Assembly (NCBI GenBank): GCA_958409415.1
Contig: CATYMO010000002.1
Location: forward strand, 17,547-81,546
DNA from: an uncultured Eggerthella sp.
GTDB lineage: Bacteria > Actinomycetota > Coriobacteriia > Coriobacteriales > Eggerthellaceae
Reading direction: 5' to 3'
Length of the DNA: 64,000 nt
How positions within the stretch are numbered: position 1 is the first letter of the stretch; the number at the start of each line of letters is the position of its first letter. The notes below the pieces were generated by a model. That model ran no database searches. It worked only from the letters and a program-made list of their open reading frames with translations, and was not told where the DNA came from. Of this stretch, positions 17,110 to 27,018 are shown one piece after another. A program made the position numbers and the translations under genes.

Positions 17110-18429
17110 ATGAGTAATTCAGTGATCACCCCGATGTTCCAACCCGAGATCGAAACCATGTCGCGTGAAGAGATCCGCGCGCTGCAGCTTGCAAAGCTCA
17201 AGGATCAGGTTGCGTGGACCTATGAGCGCGTGCCATGGTATCGCGAGAAGATGGGGGAACTGGGAGTGGTGCCGGGCGATATTCAAACGCTCGAAGACAT
17301 TCGCAAGCTTCCCTTCACGGACAAGTCAGTGCTGCGTGACACCTATCCGTTCGGTCTTTTCGCCATTCCGATCGATGATGTGGTGCGCCTGCATGCTTCG
17401 TCGGGCACCACGGGAAAGCCGATCGTGGTGGGGTACAACGATCACGATCTGGACATTTGGCGCGATTGCATCGCCCGCTTGGCTCAGATGGCAGGCGTGG
17501 TACCTTCGGACCGCGTTCAGATGGCATTTGGCTATGGTATGTTCACCGGTGGCTTCGGACTGCACTATGGTCTTGAGCATCTGGGTTGCATGGTCATTCC
17601 GGCAGGGTCGGGCAATACCGAACGTCATCTCATGATGATCAACGACTACCAGACCACCGTGCTCATCGCCACACCTTCCTATGCGATGCACATGTGCGAA
17701 TATGGCGAGAAGCATGGTTTCGATTGGGAGAACTCGAGCTTGCGCATCGGGCTCTTCGGTGGCGAACCTTGTCCGCCGCCGCTCAAAGAAGAGATCGAGC
17801 GCCGCATGCACATCATCTGCACCGATAATTACGGCCTCACCGAAGTGATGGGTCCGGGCGTTTCAGGTGAATGCCTTGCGTGTCGCGACATGCAGCATAT
17901 CGCGGAGGATCATTTCTTCTGGGAGATCGTCGATCCAAAGACCGGCGAGCCGCTGCCTGAGGGCGTGCCGGGCGAGCTGGTGCTCACGCCGCTCGACAAG
18001 CAGGCGTTCCCGGTGCTGCGTTACCGCACGCACGATCTGAGCTATGTGATCACTGAGCCGTGCGCATGCGGACGCACTCATGCGCGCATGAAGAAGGTAC
18101 GTACCCGCACCGACGATATGCTCATCATCCGCGGAACGAATGTGTTCCCTTCGCAGGTGGAGGACATCCTGGCTGGCATCGAAGGCGTGAGTCCGCACTA
18201 TCGCATCGAAGTCGATAACGATAACGGACTCGATCATATGGTCATCATGGTCGAGCTGCTGCCAGAAGCGTTCAGCGATTCCTTCGAAGAGATGGATCGC
18301 TTCCGCAAGCAGATCCAGACCAAGCTCAAGGACACGATGCTCGTCTCCTCCGATGTGAAGCTCATCGAGCCAGGCGGGATCGAGCGCAGTTTCGGCAAGA
18401 CGAAACATGTTACCGATCGCAGAAACTAA
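17110..18429 (+). CDS. paaK: Phenylacetate--CoA ligase family paralogue (PaaK-like)
   Basis: Same motif set as 10607-11929 (SSGTTGKP, YGYGMFTGGFGLHYG, YGLTEVMGPGVS, RYRTHD). Confidence 0.85.
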   Translation: MSNSVITPMFQPEIETMSREEIRALQLAKLKDQVAWTYERVPWYREKMGELGVVPGDIQTLEDIRKLPFTDKSVLRDTYPFGLFAIPIDDVVRLHASSGTTGKPIVVGYNDHDLDIWRDCIARLAQMAGVVPSDRVQMAFGYGMFTGGFGLHYGLEHLGCMVIPAGSGNTERHLMMINDYQTTVLIATPSYAMHMCEYGEKHGFDWENSSLRIGLFGGEPCPPPLKEEIERRMHIICTDNYGLTEVMGPGVSGECLACRDMQHIAEDHFFWEIVDPKTGEPLPEGVPGELVLTPLDKQAFPVLRYRTHDLSYVITEPCACGRTHARMKKVRTRTDDMLIIRGTNVFPSQVEDILAGIEGVSPHYRIEVDNDNGLDHMVIMVELLPEAFSDSFEEMDRFRKQIQTKLKDTMLVSSDVKLIEPGGIERSFGKTKHVTDRRN

Positions 18430-18433
18430 TGAG

Positions 18434-19384
18434 ATGAAACGGCCGCATCTTCGCGGTCGTTTTGCACCGAGCCCTTCGGGACGGTTCCATATCGGCAATA
18501 TCTTCGCGTCCCTTATCGCGGCGCTCGTTGCCGATGAGATGGTGCTGCGCATCGAAGACCTTGACCCCGATCGCTCCAAGCAGCAGCATATCGATACGAT
18601 CATGCGCGATCTGACATGGTTTGGCTTCGAATGGGTCGATGTGGTCGTCTATCAAAGTGCCGAAGACCAGCAGGAACACTATCTGCGTGCATGCGAGGAG
18701 CTTGAGGCGCAAGGGCTCGTGTATCCCTGTTTCTGCACCCGCGCTGACTTGCATAGCGCCCGTGCCCCTCATGTTGGGGAAGAGTTCATCTATCAAAACA
18801 CCTGCAAGGGCATCTCAGCTGAAGTGCGCAGTGAACGCATGTCTTGCGAGCGCTATGCGCTGCGCCTTGATGTGGCTGCTGCTCCAAGCCCGCTGTGCTT
18901 TGCTGACACATTTCAGGGCGAGAGCTGCTTCGATCTTGTGCGTGAAGCAGGGGATTTCATCATCAAGCGCAGTGATGGGGTGTTCGCTTATCAGCTTGCG
19001 GTGGTGGTCGATGATGCTGCTTCGGGTATCGATTCGGTCGTACGTGGCGTTGATTTGCTCACGTCAACACCCAAGCAGATCTACCTTCAACGATTGCTCG
19101 GTTTGCCCACGCCTGTTTATGGCCATGTGCCGATCTTCGTAGATGAGAACGGACGCAAGCTCTCTAAGCGCAACAAGGATGCATCGCTCAGCTACCTTAT
19201 CGATGATTTGGGCTTGAGCGCAGAGGCGATCTTGGGGTATCTCGCGTATTGCTCTGGCATCATCCCTGAATGGGAAGCGATGAGCATCGCAGAACTCAAG
19301 CGCGAGGCATGCTTGAGCGCGCTCGAAGGAAAGCGCACGATCGTTTGGCAGCCACCAACGCGGCATGCCGAGAATGGTTCTTAG
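18434..19384 (+). CDS. gluQ: Glutamyl-Q tRNA(Asp) synthetase (truncated GluRS paralogue)
   Basis: HIGN variant of the HIGH motif (SPSGRFHIGN), class I catalytic core without anticodon-binding domain, KLSKR (KMSKS-like). Confidence 0.75.
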   Translation: MKRPHLRGRFAPSPSGRFHIGNIFASLIAALVADEMVLRIEDLDPDRSKQQHIDTIMRDLTWFGFEWVDVVVYQSAEDQQEHYLRACEELEAQGLVYPCFCTRADLHSARAPHVGEEFIYQNTCKGISAEVRSERMSCERYALRLDVAAAPSPLCFADTFQGESCFDLVREAGDFIIKRSDGVFAYQLAVVVDDAASGIDSVVRGVDLLTSTPKQIYLQRLLGLPTPVYGHVPIFVDENGRKLSKRNKDASLSYLIDDLGLSAEAILGYLAYCSGIIPEWEAMSIAELKREACLSALEGKRTIVWQPPTRHAENGS

Positions 19385-19391
19385 ATAATGC

Positions 19392-20387
19392 CTAGATGAA
19401 CGAGACGATCGGCGTGATCGCGATCGCCAGACAATAGAACGAGATGAAGATGATGTTCAAGCTGATGATCTGAGCCATAGCGCCATCGCGGGAGCTCTGG
19501 TTCAAGGGGTTAGCGAACAGGGCGCGCAAAACCGGGAAGGCTGCGCAGATCATCAAGATCCCCATCACCACGCCAGGAGTGTAGAAGCATAGCTCAAGGA
19601 TGAGCATTACTGCCATCCATACGATGAGCGCGAGCTTATAGAACATCGGTGCTTGTTCGCGACCGAGCGTGACGGCGAGGGTGTGGCGCTTCGAAGCGAT
19701 ATCCTTTTCGATGTCGCACGTATTGTTCGTGGCGAGGATCATGCCGATACCGATCATGAGCGGAAGCCCGGTGAGCATGAGCCACCAGTCGAGCACACCA
19801 GAAAGAACGTAGACGCAGGCCAGAGGAATGAGTCCGCCCATAGTGAAGCCGATCGCAACTTCGCCGATCGGGAGATAGGAAAGCGGCGTTTTGCCTGCGG
19901 AATAGATGACCACCACGATCGCACCGATGATACCGATCACCAACACGGTGAGCCCTGAGAGAGAAACGATGTAGCAGCCCAGGATCGCAGCGATGACCAG
20001 CTGCGCGATAGCGAATACGAGCACGTGGTTCGGGTTCAAGCGATGGTAGACTAGCACCGCATCGAAGGCGTCTTCAGAGGAGTTCTCGAGCGAATCGGTG
20101 CCCTTCTTGTAGTCGAAGTAATCGTTCAAAGTGTTCGCCGCAGCTTGCATCAGCGTGCAGATGAAGAACAGAATCGCGAACAGAAGAAGGTTCACGCTTC
20201 CTGAGAACGTGACCGCGGTGAATACGAGCGTGAAGGTGAGCGCAAGGATCGAAGGCGCGAGCGTGTGAGGTGCCATGAGTTGGAAGCAGAGCTTTGGCGT
20301 GAGCGGCTCGAAAGCTTTTTCAACTGACCTGCGGTTGTTTCTCTGTTCCACGGTACCTCTCTCCATAAACATCTCTTCTGCGTTCAA
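19392..20387 (-). CDS. menA: UbiA-family aromatic prenyltransferase, probably 1,4-dihydroxy-2-naphthoate polyprenyltransferase (MenA)
   Basis: NDYFDYKKGTD (NDxxDxxxD) first Asp-rich motif; 8-9 TM helices; true start may be an internal Met. Confidence 0.7.
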   Translation of the reverse strand: MNAEEMFMERGTVEQRNNRRSVEKAFEPLTPKLCFQLMAPHTLAPSILALTFTLVFTAVTFSGSVNLLLFAILFFICTLMQAAANTLNDYFDYKKGTDSLENSSEDAFDAVLVYHRLNPNHVLVFAIAQLVIAAILGCYIVSLSGLTVLVIGIIGAIVVVIYSAGKTPLSYLPIGEVAIGFTMGGLIPLACVYVLSGVLDWWLMLTGLPLMIGIGMILATNNTCDIEKDIASKRHTLAVTLGREQAPMFYKLALIVWMAVMLILELCFYTPGVVMGILMICAAFPVLRALFANPLNQSSRDGAMAQIISLNIIFISFYCLAIAITPIVSFI

Positions 20388-20436
20388 TTATATAAGTTAG
20401 TATTAAGTGCGAGATCAAAAGATGGGGAGTGTAGCA

Positions 20437-20874
20437 ATGGAGTTCGTGACAGATATCGAAGTGCGTTATTCGGAGACCGACTGCATGGGCGTTGTCTACC
20501 ATGCGAACTATTTCAGCTGGTTCGACGTGGCACGCTGCCGCTTGTTGGAGGAGATCGGTTTTCCATATCCTCAGATCGAAGCGGATGGGTATCAATGTCC
20601 TGTGATCGATGCGCATATTTCATATGGCGTTCCCTTCAAGTTCGGTGAAACTGCAACGATCTATACGCGCATCTCGCAAGCGAGTGCGGTGCGCACCACC
20701 TATAGCTATCGCATCTTCGCCAAGGGTGAGGATCCCGAAACGGCGAAGCCGCGCATCACGGGCTCTACCACGCACGCAGTGGTATCGACGGAAACCTTCA
20801 AGCCATGTGCGGTGAAGAAGGTCATGCCTGAGCTCTATGCAACGTATAAGAAGATCGAACAACCCGAGGCGTAA
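20437..20874 (+). CDS. Hotdog-fold acyl-CoA thioesterase (4HBT/YbgC family); possible DHNA-CoA thioesterase given divergent pairing with menA
   Basis: YSETDCMGVVYHANYFSWF catalytic N-terminal motif of 4HBT-type thioesterases; RBS GGGGAG. Confidence 0.7.
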   Translation: MEFVTDIEVRYSETDCMGVVYHANYFSWFDVARCRLLEEIGFPYPQIEADGYQCPVIDAHISYGVPFKFGETATIYTRISQASAVRTTYSYRIFAKGEDPETAKPRITGSTTHAVVSTETFKPCAVKKVMPELYATYKKIEQPEA

Positions 20875-21011
20875 TTGCGATGTAGGAACGAGAGATAACT
20901 AATGTATCTTGTGCGCTATCTTGTGTCAGAACAGGTGAAATGCGCATGATGTCGAATAGTCATCAAGGCTGATCGACGGTCGTTTCGTCTTTTCGTTCTT
21001 AAGGATGTTCT

Positions 21012-22349
21012 ATGTCTGAAAACAAGATCGCTCAAAACTTCGGCGCGTGGGGATTGCTGAAATACGCGCTCCCTACCGTGTGCATGATGCTCTTCACGTC
21101 CATCTATACGATGGTCGATGGGGTGTTCGTTGCGCAGTTCGTTTCGGTCGATGCGCTCTCTGCGCTCAACATCGTCAATCCGCTCTTTTCGCTCGTGATG
21201 GGCTTCGGGGTGATGCTCGGCGCTGGCGGCTCTGCGGTCATCGCGAAGAATATCGGTGAAGGCGAAGAGCAGCAGGCATTCGATAACTTGAGCACGCTCG
21301 TGTTCTTCGGCACGATCCTTGGTCTGGTGCTCATGGTCTTGCTCCTCGTTTTCATGGAGCCGATCTTGAGTGTGCTTGGTGCTACCGACATACTGATGCC
21401 GTACTGCAAGGATTACTGCTATTACATCGTTGGATTTCTGGCACCGTGGGTGCTCGAGCTTATGTTCTCGAGTTACTTCATCACGGCAGGAAAGCCTCAG
21501 ATCGGGCTCATCGCAACACTGTGTTCTGGCATCTTCAACATCGTGGGGGATTATTTCCTGATCGTGGTCGTAGGAATGGGAATCAGGGGAGCGGCACTTG
21601 CAACAGGGCTTGCGACCTGTATTCCCGTGGTGATCGCGCTCATCTACTTCTTCAATAAGGAACATAGCCTTCATTTCGGACGCATCATGAATCGTCCGCG
21701 TATGATCCTGAAGAGTTGCACCAATGGGGTTTCGGAGATGATCTCGAATCTTGCCGCGATGGTCATCACGCTTTCCTATAACCTCATCATGCTTCGTCTT
21801 GCCGGTGAAGCAGGTGTTGCGGCGATTACGGTCATCCTCTATCTTGAGTTCCTTTTCACGGCAGGGTTGTATGGCTTCGCAAGTGGTATCGCGCCGATCA
21901 TCAGCTATAACTTTGGGGCGCAGAACCGTGTGCGTCTGCGTAGAGTGGTGCGCGATGCCTATGTGTTCATCGCGGCTGCGTCGGTCATTCTCTATGCGGC
22001 CTGCATGTTCGGCAATGAATTCTTGGTAGGGATCTTCGTTGCGCCCGGAACCGAATTGTTCGCTATGGCAAGCGGGGGTTTGCGGATCTTTGCAACAGGC
22101 TTCTTGTTCGCAGGGTTCAGCCTTATGACCTCGAATATGTTCACCGCGCTTTCGAACGGTGGCATTTCCGCGCTCATCTCTACACTGCGCAGCTTTGTGT
22201 TCGTGCTCATCTGCTTGATCTCGTTCTCGACGTTATGGGGCATAACGGGCGTGTGGTGCGCAGTGCCTGTTGCTGAAGTGCTCTCGTTGATCGTTTGCGG
22301 CATCTGCATCGCACTTTTCTACAAGCGCTATTTCTCGCTCGCTAAATAA
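21012..22349 (+). CDS. MATE-family multidrug/oligosaccharidyl-lipid efflux transporter
   Basis: 445 aa, 12 predicted TM helices, MATE-like conserved N-terminal segment. Confidence 0.75.
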   Translation: MSENKIAQNFGAWGLLKYALPTVCMMLFTSIYTMVDGVFVAQFVSVDALSALNIVNPLFSLVMGFGVMLGAGGSAVIAKNIGEGEEQQAFDNLSTLVFFGTILGLVLMVLLLVFMEPILSVLGATDILMPYCKDYCYYIVGFLAPWVLELMFSSYFITAGKPQIGLIATLCSGIFNIVGDYFLIVVVGMGIRGAALATGLATCIPVVIALIYFFNKEHSLHFGRIMNRPRMILKSCTNGVSEMISNLAAMVITLSYNLIMLRLAGEAGVAAITVILYLEFLFTAGLYGFASGIAPIISYNFGAQNRVRLRRVVRDAYVFIAAASVILYAACMFGNEFLVGIFVAPGTELFAMASGGLRIFATGFLFAGFSLMTSNMFTALSNGGISALISTLRSFVFVLICLISFSTLWGITGVWCAVPVAEVLSLIVCGICIALFYKRYFSLAK

Positions 22350-22401
22350 TGCATGAGGGTGTGTAAGGGGTCGATTCCCTCTACCTTGTTGCAATAAAAA
22401 A

Positions 22402-22422
22402 GCCAAGACAGTCTGCCTTGGC
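22402..22422 (+). terminator. Possible terminator after the MATE gene
   Basis: Imperfect hairpin GCCAAGACAG / CTGCCTTGGC followed by a T-rich run. Confidence 0.35.
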
Positions 22423-22435
22423 CTAATAGTTTTCC

Positions 22436-22509
22436 TGGAGCGGGTGACGGGAATCGAACCCGCGTGACCAGCTTGGAAGGCTGGAGTTCTACCATTGAAC
22501 TACACCCGC
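22436..22509 (-). tRNA. tRNA-Gly (anticodon UCC)
   Basis: Reverse complement folds as a cloverleaf: GCGGGTG acceptor, anticodon loop CTTCCAA, TPsiC GGTTCGATTCC, CCA encoded. Confidence 0.85.
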
Positions 22510-22517
22510 AAAAAAAA

Positions 22518-22596
22518 TGGTCGGGATGACAGGATTCGAACCTGCGACATCCTGCTCCCAAAGCAGGCGCGCTACCAAACTGCGCCACATCCCGAC
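22518..22596 (-). tRNA. tRNA-Pro (anticodon UGG)
   Basis: Reverse complement has anticodon loop TTTGGGA with stem CCTGC/GCAGG and TPsiC GGTTCGAATCC; exact ends +/-2 nt. Confidence 0.8.
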
Positions 22597-22805
22597 GCGA
22601 TGTTAAAACATTATAGCAAAAATAACGATGTATTTTTCTCTATTCTATTAGCGGGATATACGCTTTTGACTGGGCGATATAGGCATTTTTAATAATGCTA
22701 TTCCGATTGACAATTAATACTATTGGATGTTTTCCGAGCAACTGCAAAGAATAGAACTACAGAGCCAAACGCGTTCTGTTCAATATGCGTCTGAAGGGAA
22801 GAGCT

Positions 22806-23663
22806 ATGCAAGTATCGGGTCACACACAAACTATCGCATTAATCGGTTCTCCAGTTAAGCATTCTTTATCACCAGCTATGCATACTCAATCATTCAATGA
22901 GTTGGGTGTAGATTGTGTTTATCTTGCATACGACATCGAACCACAAGATCTAGAGTCTGCTGCTGTAGGTATGAAGAACATGGGGTTTGCAGGGTATAAC
23001 GTTACTATGCCTTATAAAACATTCATTCCGAAATACCTTGACGAACTATCTGACGCAGCGGAATTGATGGGTGCGGTAAACACGGTTGCTATCAAGCAAG
23101 GAAAGGCCATTGGTTACAACACTGATGGTGCCGGGTTTATGAGAAACCTCAAAGAAAATGGTGTTGATGTTATCGGAAAGAAGATCACGATCGTTGGTGC
23201 AGGTGGTGCAGGATCGGCTATATACACTCAAGCGGCACTTGATGGCGTTGCTGCGATCGATGTCTACAACATCAAGGATAAATTCTTTGACGTGACTGCT
23301 GAACGTGTGGCGGAAGTTGCTGAGAAGACAGGCTGCAAAATGCGCCTTATCGATCTCGAAGATAAAGAATCACTCAAGCAATCTATTGCTGAATCAGCAT
23401 TGTTCGTTAATGCAACACGCGTTGGCATGGGAGATTTGGTTGATCAAAGCGTTATTTCGCCAGACTATCTTGCCGATGGTATAGCGGTTGCTGATACGGT
23501 TTATGAGCCGCGTAAGACCAAGCTTTTGAAGGACGCTGAAGCAAAAGGACTCAAAGCGATCTCAGGCTTGGGCATGCTGCTCTGGCAGGCCGCGATCGCT
23601 GAAGATATTTGGGTTGGTAAGGAAATGCCCACAAAGCTCATTGAAGAGAGGTTCTTCAACTAA
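22806..23663 (+). CDS. Shikimate/quinate 5-dehydrogenase family oxidoreductase (AroE/YdiB-like), lower-GC copy
   Basis: SLSPAMH…GYNVTMP…NTDGAGF…GAGGAGSAI motifs of the shikimate DH family; GC ~42-45% vs ~57% host; RBS GAAGGGAAG. Confidence 0.8.
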   Translation: MQVSGHTQTIALIGSPVKHSLSPAMHTQSFNELGVDCVYLAYDIEPQDLESAAVGMKNMGFAGYNVTMPYKTFIPKYLDELSDAAELMGAVNTVAIKQGKAIGYNTDGAGFMRNLKENGVDVIGKKITIVGAGGAGSAIYTQAALDGVAAIDVYNIKDKFFDVTAERVAEVAEKTGCKMRLIDLEDKESLKQSIAESALFVNATRVGMGDLVDQSVISPDYLADGIAVADTVYEPRKTKLLKDAEAKGLKAISGLGMLLWQAAIAEDIWVGKEMPTKLIEERFFN

Positions 23664-23767
23664 GGGTTGCAGCCATGGGTGCCTTCGAAGAGGACACCCA
23701 TGATTCATCTGTTTAGAATCTTCCCTTGCATTGATTTGGCAAGGGTCACAAAGAAAGGGAAATCATC

Positions 23768-24814
23768 ATGGCAATCAGACTAGCGGTTTTTGGGCTTAAT
23801 CAAGGCTCAAAGATAGCTCGTGATGCAAAGGCGAGCGAAGAGTTCGATCTGGTAGCAGTTGCAGGTTTTGGTCAGCAAGCTGAAGACGTTGCGGCAGAGC
23901 TTGATGTGTCGCTCTATGCAGATTTCAATGATCTTCTAAAAGAGGTGCCACTTGATGCAGTAGCGATTGCGCTTCCGAACGGACTTCATGTAAGTTCAAC
24001 GCGTGCATGTTTGGATGCGGGGGTTAAGAACATCCTATTGGAGAAGCCTATTGCTAATACGGTCGAAGAAGCGCAAGAGATCATTGCTATGTGCGATGAA
24101 GCAGGTGCGATGCTGCTCATCGGCCACCATCGTCGTTCTTCATCAAAGTATCTTTTCCTGCGTGATTTTATTGAATCAGGTAAGCTTGGTGATCTTGTTG
24201 GCGTGCAGGCCTCTTATGCGATCGCGAAACCGTATGCCTACTATGATGTCGAGTGGCATACCAAGAAAGGTGGCGGCCCGTTCCTTATCAATGCGATCCA
24301 TGATATCGATGACCTAAATTACACCACTGGTATGAAGGCTAATCGTGTCTATGCCGCGGCGCGTAATACGATCCGTGGTAATGAGATCGAAGACTCGGCC
24401 TCGATCGTTATTGAGTTCGAAAACGGCATTACAGCTACCTATTTTATTTCTGATGGCACACCAAGTCCTTGGAACTACGACTTAGCTGCAGAAGAGAATC
24501 ATTTCTTCAAGTGGTGCCCAGGCGAGAATAGTCTGCGTTTTTTCGGCACAAAAGGGTCGCTTGGATTCCCGAACATGGACTTCTATCATTACGCTGATGA
24601 CGATCATTATGGTTGGGGAGAAGAGTTGATCGCCGAACATTACGAGATAGAAAAGAACGATCCCATGACAGCCGAACTCGAGCATTTTGCCGATCTGTGT
24701 ACGGGGCGCGAGAGTAAACCTCGTTGTACAGGTGAAGACGGCATTACAACGCTCAAAGTCATCAATGCTATTCTTGAATCAGCAGAGACGCGTAAAGTTG
24801 TTGATATCAAATAA
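23768..24814 (+). CDS. Gfo/Idh/MocA-family NAD(P)-dependent oxidoreductase, lower-GC copy
   Basis: N-terminal Rossmann fold (AVFGLNQGS), EKP motif (LLEKPIANT), GHHRR segment; ~85% aa identity to 27019-28065. Confidence 0.8.
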   Translation: MAIRLAVFGLNQGSKIARDAKASEEFDLVAVAGFGQQAEDVAAELDVSLYADFNDLLKEVPLDAVAIALPNGLHVSSTRACLDAGVKNILLEKPIANTVEEAQEIIAMCDEAGAMLLIGHHRRSSSKYLFLRDFIESGKLGDLVGVQASYAIAKPYAYYDVEWHTKKGGGPFLINAIHDIDDLNYTTGMKANRVYAAARNTIRGNEIEDSASIVIEFENGITATYFISDGTPSPWNYDLAAEENHFFKWCPGENSLRFFGTKGSLGFPNMDFYHYADDDHYGWGEELIAEHYEIEKNDPMTAELEHFADLCTGRESKPRCTGEDGITTLKVINAILESAETRKVVDIK

Positions 24815-24872
24815 GCTATGATTTTATTCGGCAATTCTTTCTCGGATCAACGTTAAATAGAAAGCTCAATGA

Positions 24873-25793
24873 GTGAATTTTTCTCATCTAACATATTTCA
24901 AAAAGCTTGCAGAAGTGAAGCATTTCACGAAAGCTGCTTCAGAGCTTTACGTTTCGCAGCCAACGCTTTCTGCCGCTATTTCTTCGCTCGAAAAGGAACT
25001 AAATACCCGTTTGTTCTATCGTGCGAACAATAAGATAGAACTAACACCATGTGGAGAGGAATTCTATGATTACGTTTCTCGGGGATTGCGAATCATCGAG
25101 CAAGGAATTCAAGCTGTCGAAGAATATGAAGGGAAGATAAATGGAGCCTTGAACCTCGGTACGCTTTACGCGATACAGAGTAAAGATTGGTCGCAGGCGA
25201 TACAGTCCTTTCAAGACGAATGTGGAGCTGGTCTGACGATCAACATAACTCAGGGTTTCACCCCTTCTTTGTTTGAAGGACTAGAGTCAGGCAGATTGGA
25301 TGTCATCTTCGCAGGAAAGCCTCAAACTTCGAATAAATACAACTGTACCTATTGCTGGGCGCAGGAACTGGCAGTTGCAGTGAACAAGAGGCATCCCCTT
25401 GCGAAAAAGTCTGTCGTAACACTCGATGACTTGGCTGGATTTCACATTATTTCATACCATAAAGATTCACCAGTATACGATGAAATGGAAGCATTGCTTC
25501 AGCAGGCTGAATGCGAATTGGATGTCGAATATGCTTATAACGATGAGATCACTTTGTCTTCCCTGGTAAATTCAGATACCAATGATGTTGCATTATTGTG
25601 CTATTCGTTTTTGGTCAAGGCTTTTGACGATGTTGTCTATCTGCCTCTTCAAGATGCCCCTAGGGAGTTCCACAAAGTCTATCTGATTTCAAATAAAGCT
25701 ATTACGCAGCCAAGAGTTGTATCAGATTTTGTTACCTATATGAAAAACTACCATTTTCCAACTGCAACAGTACGTCCTTTGCAGAAAGAATAG
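24873..25793 (+). CDS. LysR-family transcriptional regulator
   Basis: N-terminal wHTH (HLTYFKKLAEVKHFTKAASELYVSQPTLSAAISSLEKEL) plus LysR substrate-binding domain; GTG start; low-GC codon usage. Confidence 0.8.
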   Translation: MNFSHLTYFKKLAEVKHFTKAASELYVSQPTLSAAISSLEKELNTRLFYRANNKIELTPCGEEFYDYVSRGLRIIEQGIQAVEEYEGKINGALNLGTLYAIQSKDWSQAIQSFQDECGAGLTINITQGFTPSLFEGLESGRLDVIFAGKPQTSNKYNCTYCWAQELAVAVNKRHPLAKKSVVTLDDLAGFHIISYHKDSPVYDEMEALLQQAECELDVEYAYNDEITLSSLVNSDTNDVALLCYSFLVKAFDDVVYLPLQDAPREFHKVYLISNKAITQPRVVSDFVTYMKNYHFPTATVRPLQKE

Positions 25794-26067
25794 GGAGGGG
25801 AAAGATAAGGCTGCATCAAGAATAAAGAATAACGGCATTATTTTTTCGCTGTAGTGAATGTAGTGAAAATCTTTGTATGGTATGTCTCATCCAGTTTTGA
25901 ATTGAATATTGTTTCTTAAGGCAAAGCAACAGTAAAGCAAACACTTCTACTGTATATCTCTATTTCATGGTAAAAATAGTAGGTGAATATCTTGCTATTT
26001 GTAGAGATTATTGGATATTGTTGGAACTGCATCATTGCAATATCTCAATAGAAGTAAAGGATCTGTT

Positions 26068-26928
26068 ATGCCTAATATCTCTGGCCACACGAAAACGATC
26101 TGTTTGATCGGCTCACCCGTGGAGCATTCGCTTTCACCAGCTATGCATACCTTCTCGTTCGAGCAACTTGGCGTCGATTGTGTGTACCTTGCTTACAATG
26201 TTGAGCCTGACCAGCTCGAAGCTGCTGTGAATGGCATGAAAGAGCTTGGGTTTCTTGGCTACAACGTCACCATGCCGCATAAGACCTATATTTCACGTTA
26301 TCTCGACGAGCTTTCGCCAGCTGCTGAGCTGATGGGTGCCATCAATACGGTAGTCATCAAAGATGGCAAAGCGATCGGTCATAACACCGATGGCGCGGGC
26401 TTCATGCGCAATATAGAAGAGAATGGCGTTGAGGTGGTTGGCAAGAAGGTCACGGTGATGGGTGCAGGTGGCGCTGCGATGGCTATCTATACTCAGGCTG
26501 CCCTCGATGGCGTTGCTGCGATCGATGTCTATAAACGAAAAAACGATTCATACGATGCTGCTGCAGAGCATGTTGCGCACATTGCTGAAAAAACTGGGTG
26601 CAACATTCGCTTGATCGATATGGCAGATAAAGAGGCTATGAAGGCTTCTATCGCTGAATCAGTATTACTCATCAATGCCACTAATGTGGGTATGGGCGAT
26701 CTGGAAGGAATAAGCGTTGTTCCTGCAGAACTTTTAGTTGAAGGTCTGGTTGTTGCAGACGTCATCTACGTGCCACGCAAGACGAAGTTGCTCGAAGATG
26801 CCGAAGCTAAGGGGCTCAAGACCATCAATGGTCTTGGCATGCTTCTGTGGCAAGCTGCTATCGCTGAAGATATTTGGGTAGGTAAGGAAATGCCTACGGA
26901 GCTGGTCCAAGAAAAATTCTTCGACTAA
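26068..26928 (+). CDS. Shikimate/quinate 5-dehydrogenase family oxidoreductase, host-GC copy
   Basis: Same motifs as 22806-23663 (~80-85% aa identity); RBS AAAGGA; internal ATG start chosen over the ORF start at 26011. Confidence 0.8.
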   Translation: MPNISGHTKTICLIGSPVEHSLSPAMHTFSFEQLGVDCVYLAYNVEPDQLEAAVNGMKELGFLGYNVTMPHKTYISRYLDELSPAAELMGAINTVVIKDGKAIGHNTDGAGFMRNIEENGVEVVGKKVTVMGAGGAAMAIYTQAALDGVAAIDVYKRKNDSYDAAAEHVAHIAEKTGCNIRLIDMADKEAMKASIAESVLLINATNVGMGDLEGISVVPAELLVEGLVVADVIYVPRKTKLLEDAEAKGLKTINGLGMLLWQAAIAEDIWVGKEMPTELVQEKFFD

Positions 26929-27018
26929 GAACGCGCTATTCGTGATCTCATGCATGGTGTTCAAGGGTAAACATCAGAAGAGTTTCAGATATACAAGGAA
27001 AAATGGAGGGGTAAGAAC

